From: Candidatus Latescibacterota bacterium
GTDB taxonomy: Bacteria > Latescibacterota > UBA2968 > UBA8231
Direction: 5' to 3'
DNA: 64,000 nucleotides
Assembly (NCBI GenBank): GCA_965215195.1
Contig: CBDCDC010000002.1
Location: 1,120,001-1,184,000, forward strand
A model generated the notes under the pieces. It did not search any database, was not told the origin of the DNA, and saw only the letters and a list, made by a program, of their open reading frames with translations. A program made the translations under genes and the position numbers. Positions 46,462-55,029 of the stretch are shown here, piece after piece; the first letter of the stretch is position 1; each line of letters begins with the position of its first letter.

Positions 46462-48148
46462 AACCTCCATCCCGCTGTTAATCGCCATTCTCGCGCTTTG
46501 CAGCCGCCCCGGCAGTGCCCAAGAAAAGACCATCCTTGGCCTCGACTTGCCGCCCGACGCGCGACCCTATGACCAACAGGTGTACCGCATCCCCTGCAAC
46601 AATACCGCCAACTCGATCACCTTCGACTTTTCGGTCAGCGTCTATCAGCGCTATTGCGGAGCCGATCTCTTCAACGATCCGTTGGTCACCTTCGACAAGG
46701 CGCAAAACCCCCAACCCGGTGCCGCCGAAAGCTGGTCGGTCGCCGCCGACGGAGTGACGTGGACCTTTGTTTTGCGCGAGGGCCTGATGTGGAGCGACGG
46801 CACTCCTGTCACCGCCCACGACTACGTCGCCACCTTCCGTTTCAGCGCCAGCCCCGACCACGCTTGGGATTTCGCCTGGTACTACACCTTCGTTGACAAG
46901 GGTGGGATCAAAAACTGGGACGAGGTCATCGCCGGGAAGCTACCTGTCGAAGCATTGGGGGTCCGCGCTGTGGACGACCGCACCCTTGAGATTGTGACCA
47001 AGGGAGTGTTTCCGCCGCTACCCAAGATCATGAAATACGCCTTCACGCTACAGAAGAAAGCGCTGGAGACGCATGGCCCCTACTACAACAACGATCCGGC
47101 GACCTCGGTTTCGTCCGGCCCCTTTATGCTGGAGTCTTTCGACCACGGTTTCAAAGTGGTTTTCAAGGCCAATCCACACTACACGGGCTATCGGCCGCCG
47201 AGGTTGGCGCGGATCGAAGGGATATACCTGTCGCCAGCGACCTATTTTATCGCCTATCTCAACAACGAAATTGACACCTTAAACTTCAACGACTTGTCGC
47301 CAGCCGACTTCGCTACTATCCAGCGCGACCCCGAACTGCAGGCGAACTACCTGCGCCCCGGTTTGATCGGCACCGACTATGTTTTTTTCGACGCGCATAG
47401 CCCGCCCTTCGATGACATCAATGTGCGCAAGGCCTTCGCCCATGCCATCGATCGCGAGGCCATCGTCAAAGGCGTCTATGGCGAGATCAAGGCCACGCCT
47501 GCCCATTCCATGCTCATGCCTGGCTTTCCCGCCGCCGATGTCCAAGGCCAACTTGCCCACTACCAGCGCTTCGACCGTGGCCTAGCGAAGGAACACCTAG
47601 CCCAAGCCGGTTTTCCCAACGGGGCTGGCTTCCCATCGCAGGTGATGTGGTTGCGCAACGAAAACCCCGGCATTGCCTCCGTCTATCAAGCGACCGCTGC
47701 CTCAATCTCGCAGTGTTTGGGTATCTCGATCCAAGTCTCGAACAAAGACAACAAAGTCTTTATGGACGCCCTACACGAGCGACCCACTGGCATTGCGCTG
47801 GGTGCCGTCGCCTATAGCATCGACTTTGCCGACCCCATCAACCTGCTCGGCATCTGGGTCAGCAGTGGTCGCCACTCTTGGCGCAACCAACGCTTCGATG
47901 CCATCCTAGACGAGGCCAGCAACTTAATGGGCGACCCCCAGCGCCGCGACCAGCTCTTCCGCGATGCCGAGCGGATCCTCGTCGACGATGTCGGCGGAGC
48001 CTTTATCGCCCACCGCTGGTCCGGCGACCTGTTTCGGCCCACGGTGCGCGGGGCCAGCATCCGCGAGCCAGGGCCTGAGGGCACCTATGGCAACCACTCC
48101 GGCAACGACTGGCTGTGGGGCGATATATACATCGGCGCGGCGCAATGA
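46457..48148 (+). CDS. oppA: Family 5 (peptide/oligosaccharide) ABC substrate-binding protein
   Basis: AESW.V..DG.TWTF.LR....WSDG.PVTA.D signature; the signal peptide lies upstream of the called ORF and begins at ATT 46457. Confidence 0.85.
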   Translation: MKTSIPLLIAILALCSRPGSAQEKTILGLDLPPDARPYDQQVYRIPCNNTANSITFDFSVSVYQRYCGADLFNDPLVTFDKAQNPQPGAAESWSVAADGVTWTFVLREGLMWSDGTPVTAHDYVATFRFSASPDHAWDFAWYYTFVDKGGIKNWDEVIAGKLPVEALGVRAVDDRTLEIVTKGVFPPLPKIMKYAFTLQKKALETHGPYYNNDPATSVSSGPFMLESFDHGFKVVFKANPHYTGYRPPRLARIEGIYLSPATYFIAYLNNEIDTLNFNDLSPADFATIQRDPELQANYLRPGLIGTDYVFFDAHSPPFDDINVRKAFAHAIDREAIVKGVYGEIKATPAHSMLMPGFPAADVQGQLAHYQRFDRGLAKEHLAQAGFPNGAGFPSQVMWLRNENPGIASVYQATAASISQCLGISIQVSNKDNKVFMDALHERPTGIALGAVAYSIDFADPINLLGIWVSSGRHSWRNQRFDAILDEASNLMGDPQRRDQLFRDAERILVDDVGGAFIAHRWSGDLFRPTVRGASIREPGPEGTYGNHSGNDWLWGDIYIGAAQ

Positions 48149-48183
48149 TGACCGACAACCGAGCGCACCCGGGGCTATAGGCG

Positions 48184-49149
48184 ATGCTTTGCTATCTGAC
48201 CCGCCGCCTGATCGCCCTAGCCTTTGTACTGCTCGCCGTGTCAATGATCGTCTTCGCCCTGATGCACTCGGTGCCAGGCGGCCCCTTCGACACCCAACAG
48301 GCCAAGCTGCCCAAGGCCGCCCGCGAGAATATTGAGCGCAAATACGGCCTCGACAAACCCGTCTGGCAGCAATACCTCAACTACATGAGCCACGCGGTTC
48401 GCTTCGACTTCGGCATCCCCTACCAGCAGCCGCAGACCACGGTCGCCGCGCTAATAGGCAAGACTTGGATCGTCACTGTGCAAGTCGGCGTGATGACAAT
48501 CCTCGTGGCCTTTAGCTGTGGAATCGCCGCCGGCATGTTGGCTGCCTACCACCAAAACAGTTGGCTTGACAACATCGTGACCTTTGGCGCGATGCTCGGC
48601 GTCACCGTGCCCAATTTTGTAGTGGCGATGTGGTTTATCTTGTTTTTCGGGGTGGCACGGCAGTGGCTGCCCACCGGTGGCTGGAGCAATTCCGGCGCTT
48701 GCCTCTACGGCAACATGCTGTGCTCGGACTGGATTCTGCCGGTTTTGGCCTATGCGCTGGCACCGATGGCGATCATTGCTCGCTACACCCGCGCCAGCAT
48801 CGTCGATGTCATCGGCGAGGACTACGTGCGCACCGCCCGGGCCAAGGGCCTGAGCGAAGCCAAGGTCATGCGGCGCCACGTACTGCGCAACGCGCAGATT
48901 CCGATGGTCACGGCGCTGGGCACCGAAATACCCAACCTCATCACCGGCAGCATTTTCATCGAGAGCATCTTCCGCATCAATGGCCTCGGTAAGTTCTTCG
49001 TCACCAGCACCCTCAACCGCGACTACCCGATGATCATGGCGACCTTCCTGCTGGTGGCGCTATTGTGGGGCATCACTTATATGCTGACTGATATAGCCTA
49101 TACCCTCATCGATCCGCGCGTCAAGCTCGGTGCCAAAAAAGAGGCCTGA
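48184..49149 (+). CDS. oppB: Oligopeptide ABC permease
   Basis: PGGPF, YGLDKP..QY, DYVRTARAKGL, RDYP. Confidence 0.92.
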   Translation: MLCYLTRRLIALAFVLLAVSMIVFALMHSVPGGPFDTQQAKLPKAARENIERKYGLDKPVWQQYLNYMSHAVRFDFGIPYQQPQTTVAALIGKTWIVTVQVGVMTILVAFSCGIAAGMLAAYHQNSWLDNIVTFGAMLGVTVPNFVVAMWFILFFGVARQWLPTGGWSNSGACLYGNMLCSDWILPVLAYALAPMAIIARYTRASIVDVIGEDYVRTARAKGLSEAKVMRRHVLRNAQIPMVTALGTEIPNLITGSIFIESIFRINGLGKFFVTSTLNRDYPMIMATFLLVALLWGITYMLTDIAYTLIDPRVKLGAKKEA

Positions 49150-50036
49150 TGACCGAATCCCTCGCCAGCGAAATCAGTAGCGTCCACCGCTCCTTTTGGG
49201 CCGACGCCCGACGGCGTTTTGTGCGCAATCGCCTCGCTGTCGCCGGATTAGCCATTGTCGGCGCGATCTCCTTTTTGGCGATCTTCGCCGATGTTCTCGC
49301 GCCTTTTCCCTACGACCACGCCTATTTCGACAAGGTTTTGCTCGCGCCCTTGCAGCACCCGGATCACCTGCTGGGCACCGACGAGGTTGGGCGCGACTAT
49401 CTCAGCCGCCTAATCTACGGTGCCCGCACCTCGCTAACCGTCAGTCTGCTGGTTCAGGCCCTCGCCGTGTTGATCGGGGTGCCGGTCGGTGCCCTCGCTG
49501 GCTATTTCGGCGGATGGCTCGATTTTGTCGTCACTCGCATCATCGACGTGATGACCGCCTTTCCTAGCTTGCTCTTTGCCATCCTCATCATCTCGGTCCT
49601 CGAAGGCGGCTTAACTACCATTATCGTCGCCTTGGGCATCACCGGCTGGATCGGCATCGCTCGGCTGACACGGGCACAATTTTTGACCCTGCGCGAGCGA
49701 GAATACGCCATAGCGGCAAGGGCGCTGGGGGTGCCGACGCGCAAAATCATCTTCCGCGACCTACTGCTCAATGCGCTGACCCCAATTTTGGTCGCCGTCA
49801 GCTTCGGCATTCCAAGCACCATCTTCGCCGAAGCGGGTTTGAGCTTTATCGGTCTGGGGATCAACGACCCGATGGCCAGTTGGGGCAAGATGGTCGGCGT
49901 CTCCAACGCCTATGTCCGCATCTACTGGCACCTAGCGCTATTTCCAACCATTGCCATCGCCCTGACCATGCTGGGTTTTTCGTTTCTAGGCGACGGTCTG
50001 CGCGATGCGCTGGACCCCAAATACGATCGTCCATAG
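49149..50036 (+). CDS. oppC: Oligopeptide ABC permease
   Basis: HLLGTD..GRD..SR.IYGAR.SL, EAGLSF.GLG, GDGLRDALDP. Confidence 0.92.
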   Translation: MTESLASEISSVHRSFWADARRRFVRNRLAVAGLAIVGAISFLAIFADVLAPFPYDHAYFDKVLLAPLQHPDHLLGTDEVGRDYLSRLIYGARTSLTVSLLVQALAVLIGVPVGALAGYFGGWLDFVVTRIIDVMTAFPSLLFAILIISVLEGGLTTIIVALGITGWIGIARLTRAQFLTLREREYAIAARALGVPTRKIIFRDLLLNALTPILVAVSFGIPSTIFAEAGLSFIGLGINDPMASWGKMVGVSNAYVRIYWHLALFPTIAIALTMLGFSFLGDGLRDALDPKYDRP

Positions 50037-50046
50037 AGGTGAGTAT

Positions 50047-50186
50047 ATGTCCGATTCGCGCAGGGATTTCTTCAAGAAGACAGCAGGCCTAGTGCTAACC
50101 GCACCGGCCCTGCCCTTGCTAGCACCCGGCAGCAGTCAGCAGGTCCACGCCGCCAGCGCAACACTGGCTGACCAATTGATGGTCGT
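50047..50186 (+). pseudogene. 5' remnant of a Tat-exported protein
   Basis: RBS GAGGTG; MSDSRRDFFKKTAGLVLTAPALPLLA...VHA; the frame then runs antisense into the convergent gene. Confidence 0.6.
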
Positions 50187-52142
50187 TTACCAATCGTGGA
50201 CTACGTGCATCTGCCCTGGGAACCAGATCATATCGACAACCCCAGAAAACACCACGCCAATGACATAGCCGATCCCTATGCCAAAGAAAAAGGGCTTGCC
50301 CGTGCGGTAGGCGCGAATCCCCCCGTAGCGCAATAGGACCAGTTTGGCCAGCCACACGAGCAACAGGCTGAACCAATAGATCGAAGTCCCCGCCGTCGCC
50401 TGATAGGCCAAACCGATCGGATGCAGAGAAAACCAATAGAAGCGCCCCCGCAAAAACGCTAGTCCAGCTGCCTCAAAAAATCCCAGCAGCCAGATGCCCC
50501 ACTTGCCCGGATCAGTGATCCGAGGATTGAGTTGGATATGGGCAATCTGATCGTATAGCCCGATAATGACCATCAGGTGGTTGGTTGCTCCAACATCATA
50601 GGCCATAGAGATCGTAGCCCACGCCGCCATCAAAAAGCCGACCACAAAGGCCACTGCCACCACCGCCACCACCCGTTTGGGCTGTCTGCGCAAAGAAAAT
50701 ATCCGCAGCAGATGTGGTAAGGCCGGCCATACCGGCAGGCGGATATTGCCGAAAAACATATTGCTGGAAAATATCTTGAACGACACCAAGTTTTGCTGTG
50801 ATAAATTGGCCGAGCCGATCAATTCGGTGACGAACATCTCCCCTTTTGCATTGGCCCAACTCGGGGTCAGGTAGGGAAACCCTGTAGCGGCGACCAACTT
50901 GATGGTCACGAAGTACGTCATCACCATCAGTAGGAAGGCCCCAATCGACAAGGGCAGGCTCACCCCCAGACTAGTCCCCCAACCAACCACGTAAACCGCC
51001 GATGCGATCAAGGTTACTAAGGCCAAGCGATAGTGGCGGACGTCGCGGACGTCGCCTTGGCCGGTAAGGGCTTGTCGCCACACCGAGCGCAGGTGGCTGC
51101 GGGCCAGCCACACCGACCACACGGCGATGAACACCAAGGCACCAAAACTCTCCATTTGCAGAATGCCACCACCGCTTATTTCTTGACCTGATAGCCCCAC
51201 GCGGACGCCCACCCGCTGCATCAGGCCCAGCTTCAGCACGCCTAACAGCGTAAAGAACACTAAGCTGCCAAGGATATTTAACGGGCACATATAGGTCAGG
51301 GCCAGTACTGGAGCCATCAAGCGGATGGTCAGCCCAGGGAAGGGCCGTGGCAACACGAGCCTGTAATGCTCTGTCCATAGCTCGACAAGCGGCAGCCCAG
51401 GCGTGAAATAGCTGATGACATTGTAGAACGTCGGCAGGAAAACCACGCTGAAGCCCAGCCAAAAAAGCTTCTTGCGGAAGAAGTCCGGCATCCGCGCCCG
51501 TCCGTCAAAACCCTCGGTCAGCTCCAGCGGCATCCGCGCTAAAGGAAAGCTCAGCTTCTCCGCCTCGACCCATTGCCGCTGGAAAATCACCACCAGCGCA
51601 AACCCAAACGCCACCATGGCGATGGAAACTCCAAACCACTGGCTCAGCGGTGCGTACCAGCCATCCCAAGGCACCGGCGTCCCCTTGACCTGCCCCAACC
51701 AGAAGGCCTCTACTACCCGAGGTGCCGTATCGGGAAAGACGTGCCACGGCATAAAGGGCCAGACTATCTCCGCCCATTGATTCTCAGGCGTGGCCATATA
51801 GGCAGGTGCCGCCATTAGCGCGACCCAATACTCCATCCACCCCCATTGTGGGATCACGCCGACAATCCACACCATCGCGAAAATGGTCAATAACTCGCCC
51901 TGGCTCAGCGCCAACCGGGGCGAAATCCGCGCCAATATCGCATTGAGGAACAACCAGAGGACGAAGGGAATAAACGCCATCATCGGGAACTGCGACTGCA
52001 CATAGCCCTCAGACCCCGCCCCCATCCCCGCATAGAGGATGAGGTAGGTGAACATCACGGCGATCGTCAGTCCACCCAGAGCGACCCCGCGCCAAGTAAT
52101 CGCTAGGGACGTGTGGCTACCGATGTGTGCGGATTCGTTCAC
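50187..52142 (-). CDS. Polytopic membrane protein, DUF6785-like (putative transporter)
   Basis: Many TM helices; GELL.IF.M, W..W..P, QW...EKL.FPLA..P, LHPIG, K...LRYGG...Y....PFF.G. Confidence 0.75.
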   Translation of the reverse strand: MNESAHIGSHTSLAITWRGVALGGLTIAVMFTYLILYAGMGAGSEGYVQSQFPMMAFIPFVLWLFLNAILARISPRLALSQGELLTIFAMVWIVGVIPQWGWMEYWVALMAAPAYMATPENQWAEIVWPFMPWHVFPDTAPRVVEAFWLGQVKGTPVPWDGWYAPLSQWFGVSIAMVAFGFALVVIFQRQWVEAEKLSFPLARMPLELTEGFDGRARMPDFFRKKLFWLGFSVVFLPTFYNVISYFTPGLPLVELWTEHYRLVLPRPFPGLTIRLMAPVLALTYMCPLNILGSLVFFTLLGVLKLGLMQRVGVRVGLSGQEISGGGILQMESFGALVFIAVWSVWLARSHLRSVWRQALTGQGDVRDVRHYRLALVTLIASAVYVVGWGTSLGVSLPLSIGAFLLMVMTYFVTIKLVAATGFPYLTPSWANAKGEMFVTELIGSANLSQQNLVSFKIFSSNMFFGNIRLPVWPALPHLLRIFSLRRQPKRVVAVVAVAFVVGFLMAAWATISMAYDVGATNHLMVIIGLYDQIAHIQLNPRITDPGKWGIWLLGFFEAAGLAFLRGRFYWFSLHPIGLAYQATAGTSIYWFSLLLVWLAKLVLLRYGGIRAYRTGKPFFFGIGIGYVIGVVFSGVVDMIWFPGQMHVVHDW

Positions 52143-52337
52143 GCCCGCGCCAGCACAGTGCGCAGGTGGCTACCGATCCCGACAAACGTTTTGTGATTGA
52201 GAGGAAATTCCAAGAACACGTGTATCAGGTTCAAGCAGAAGAGGGCGCTGATCCCCCAGCGGTAATCTCCCACCGACCCGTGTTGAGGTAGTTGGTGTCA
52301 CGCGGCCGGCCCTCGGGCAACTGCACACTCAGGCGAC

Positions 52338-55004
52338 CTAACGGTCGGTGCCCAGCCCTGCGAAAACGGTGATAAAGGAAAACAAATCGGACGCCGACGG
52401 CGTGGCGAATAGGTCTTGGCGCACCCAGCGGACGCCGACATTAGTCGTCAGCGCATAGCCTAAATAGCTAGAGCTATTGGCGACCTGCCCGGCCAAAATC
52501 AGGGTCTTGCCGTCCTCCAAATAGCCTGGCAGCAGGGGAACTATCCGCTCGCGCAAATTATAGAAAAACTCGTATTCGGCCCCGACAGTGAGACCGATGT
52601 TATCGTTGATATCGCGCGTGGCTTGGATGGAGAATATCTCGGTTAACTCCTGAGTCTCTAGGACGCCTTGATCAGCCGGAGTGCGACTGCTGTAAAGCTG
52701 TTTCCAGCGCGGCAGGAAGTCCCACTCGCGGAATGAGAGCGGGTATTCGCCCTTGTTGACCACGCCGAGGAAGCGCTGATCCCGGCGTCCAGCTTCGGGG
52801 GTTCCCAATAGATTGTACAGTTCGTGTTTGACCTTGGTGGTAAACGGGAAGAACCGGTCGTACTGCACCTCGAAGAACGTCGTGTTGACGAATACGTTCC
52901 GGGCCACCAACTGGTCGCGGGTCAAGACCGCGCCGCCGCGAGTACCAGGCGTATCGACCCACAGAAAAACGTCGTCGGGGATATCGTCTTTGACCTTGCG
53001 CGGATTGGCGACCAAGCGCATTCGTAGATACTTCTCAGGCATCTCCTTTTTAGCCGTCAGCAGCAGGTAGGTCGACTTGTTCTTGCGAGCCGTGTTCAAC
53101 AACCGCTCGTCGAGACGACCGACCATTAGGTTGGTCCCCTCTGTCACTTCCAGCCCGACATAGACGTTGAAGCCACGGTGCCCCAGCTTATAGGGATAGT
53201 CGGCTTGAGTGTCGTCCTCAAAGCGGTCAATGACCGTGTTGTTGTTCATGTCCATCCCGAACAGGAACTCGGGCGGCTCAACCTCAAAGCGCAGGAATGG
53301 CTCGGCGTAGTCTGGCTCGCGATTGAAATTGCGGTTGAAATCGGAGATGTCGTCGTTGTCCTCGTCAATGCCTGGGAAGACCGCATTATCGGTCAAGAGC
53401 CCTCGGCCCTGACGGGTGTTGACGCGGGAACCGAAATAGCGCCGAGTCCAGTCGGGAAGTTCGTCTTGGTCGTCGTTGTCGTCGACAAACTCAAAGACAT
53501 TGCGCTCCTCGCTGTCGTAGTGGACATCGCCCTCGGCGTTGGGAATGAAAGCACGGGTCGAATAGTCGGAGTCAATGCTGAAGGTTTCGGCAAAGACCGT
53601 CCACGGGTAGGAGCGCTGCTGCGCCGTCAGGTAGAAGGCATTGGCCTCCTTTTTGGCCAGCGCTTGGCGGCGGGTGAAATTCTCGTTGGGATAGCGGCGG
53701 TACTGCGAATTCTGCACGAACTCGCCGCGCAGCTCAAAACCGGCCACATCGCTGATCGCCAAGTCGAAACCCAACATGCGGTTGGCCGTCGGCAGGCCAT
53801 AGCGGAAGCGGTGAAAGGCTTGATTGGACCCGTCCTTAACATTGCCCGGGGCGCGCAGCATCGGCAAAAATACCGGCGTCCCAAGCTGGTTAGTCTGCTT
53901 GTTGGAGGTGATCTCCACCTTGTAGTCGTTGGCCAACACGAGGCCGATCTCGACGAACTTGATCTGGCGGAAGTCGTCGATTTCGTCCTCTTCGCTCGGC
54001 GAGAAGTCTTCGATATTGAAGGTCAGGGTAATGATGTCCGGGCCGCTGGCCTCAATCACGCCGCGGCGGCGCAGGCCGCCTTCGACCGTAGGCTCAATGT
54101 CGTCGGTATGCTCAACGCCATTGACGAAGATGCGCCAGCGCGACAATAGCGCCCCCCCCTCGCCATCCTCTGGGGAGTCATCGGAGATCCGCACGATGAT
54201 CGAGCGCACAAAATCGGCGTTCATAGGACCGCTCAACAAGCCCTGTAGCGAGTTGTCGCCGAAAGGCACCTCGGAATTGCGGTGGGCGGCGTTGACGAAG
54301 GTCAAACCCATCTTGGCGAAATCGCCGACACCGATCTGGCCCCGGGCGGCCCAGAGGTTGGTAAAGGTCGTGAACTGCACCCCAGCCACGCCTTCCTCTT
54401 GGGCGACCTGGCCGGTGTTGTTGACGCGCGAGGACAGCAGGGTGATCGCGTATTTGTCGGTCATCAGATCCCACTGCACCCCGTCGAAACGCGGTTTGGA
54501 AAATGTCAGCGGTGTCAGGGTCGTGCGGATCCCGTCGCCGACCATCAACGAGGAGTGGAATTGCCCGGAATGGCTCGAAGCGATCAAGACATTGTTGAAC
54601 CAAGAGGTAAAGCGCGGGTTTTTGCTAATGCTACTGCCGTTTTGGGTCGGGTAGTCCTCGGTCCAATCGTACACCTGCCAGCCCTGGGTGATGTAGTTGC
54701 CGTACACATCGTAAAAAGGCGAGCCTTCGAGGAAGATGTCGTTATAGCGCTCGTACAGGTTGCGCGCGTAGTTGGAGTACTGCTCCTGTCGCCAGTCGTA
54801 AAGCGAGTAGAGGCGCTGCGGCAAATACCACTTGCGCACCGTCGGCACAAGGGTCGAAGGCGCGATTTCTGCCCCGGACGTGTAATAAGGGTTTTCGAAG
54901 CCCGTCTCGCGTTGGGCACGAGACTCTGGCGGTAGCGCTAGCGCTATACTCAGACAAGCCAACAACAATAGTAGGATTCTATGTCTCACCGTCACCCCTC
55001 CCAT
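52338..55004 (-). CDS. Large probable outer-membrane beta-barrel protein (module copy 2, gene 6)
   Basis: Long stretches identical to 23293-25938 (e.g. VRKWYLPQRLYSLYDWRQEQYSNYAR; C-terminal ITVxAGLGTDR). True start may be a GTG a few codons in. Confidence 0.65.
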   Translation of the reverse strand: MGGVTVRHRILLLLLACLSIALALPPESRAQRETGFENPYYTSGAEIAPSTLVPTVRKWYLPQRLYSLYDWRQEQYSNYARNLYERYNDIFLEGSPFYDVYGNYITQGWQVYDWTEDYPTQNGSSISKNPRFTSWFNNVLIASSHSGQFHSSLMVGDGIRTTLTPLTFSKPRFDGVQWDLMTDKYAITLLSSRVNNTGQVAQEEGVAGVQFTTFTNLWAARGQIGVGDFAKMGLTFVNAAHRNSEVPFGDNSLQGLLSGPMNADFVRSIIVRISDDSPEDGEGGALLSRWRIFVNGVEHTDDIEPTVEGGLRRRGVIEASGPDIITLTFNIEDFSPSEEDEIDDFRQIKFVEIGLVLANDYKVEITSNKQTNQLGTPVFLPMLRAPGNVKDGSNQAFHRFRYGLPTANRMLGFDLAISDVAGFELRGEFVQNSQYRRYPNENFTRRQALAKKEANAFYLTAQQRSYPWTVFAETFSIDSDYSTRAFIPNAEGDVHYDSEERNVFEFVDDNDDQDELPDWTRRYFGSRVNTRQGRGLLTDNAVFPGIDEDNDDISDFNRNFNREPDYAEPFLRFEVEPPEFLFGMDMNNNTVIDRFEDDTQADYPYKLGHRGFNVYVGLEVTEGTNLMVGRLDERLLNTARKNKSTYLLLTAKKEMPEKYLRMRLVANPRKVKDDIPDDVFLWVDTPGTRGGAVLTRDQLVARNVFVNTTFFEVQYDRFFPFTTKVKHELYNLLGTPEAGRRDQRFLGVVNKGEYPLSFREWDFLPRWKQLYSSRTPADQGVLETQELTEIFSIQATRDINDNIGLTVGAEYEFFYNLRERIVPLLPGYLEDGKTLILAGQVANSSSYLGYALTTNVGVRWVRQDLFATPSASDLFSFITVFAGLGTDR

Positions 55005-55029
55005 AGGTTTGTGAAGGCAAAGCTTTGTA

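Noticed and set aside
52113-52177. 12-bp direct repeat GTGGCTACCGAT x2
   Set aside because: Only two copies, one inside the coding sequence; no supporting function.
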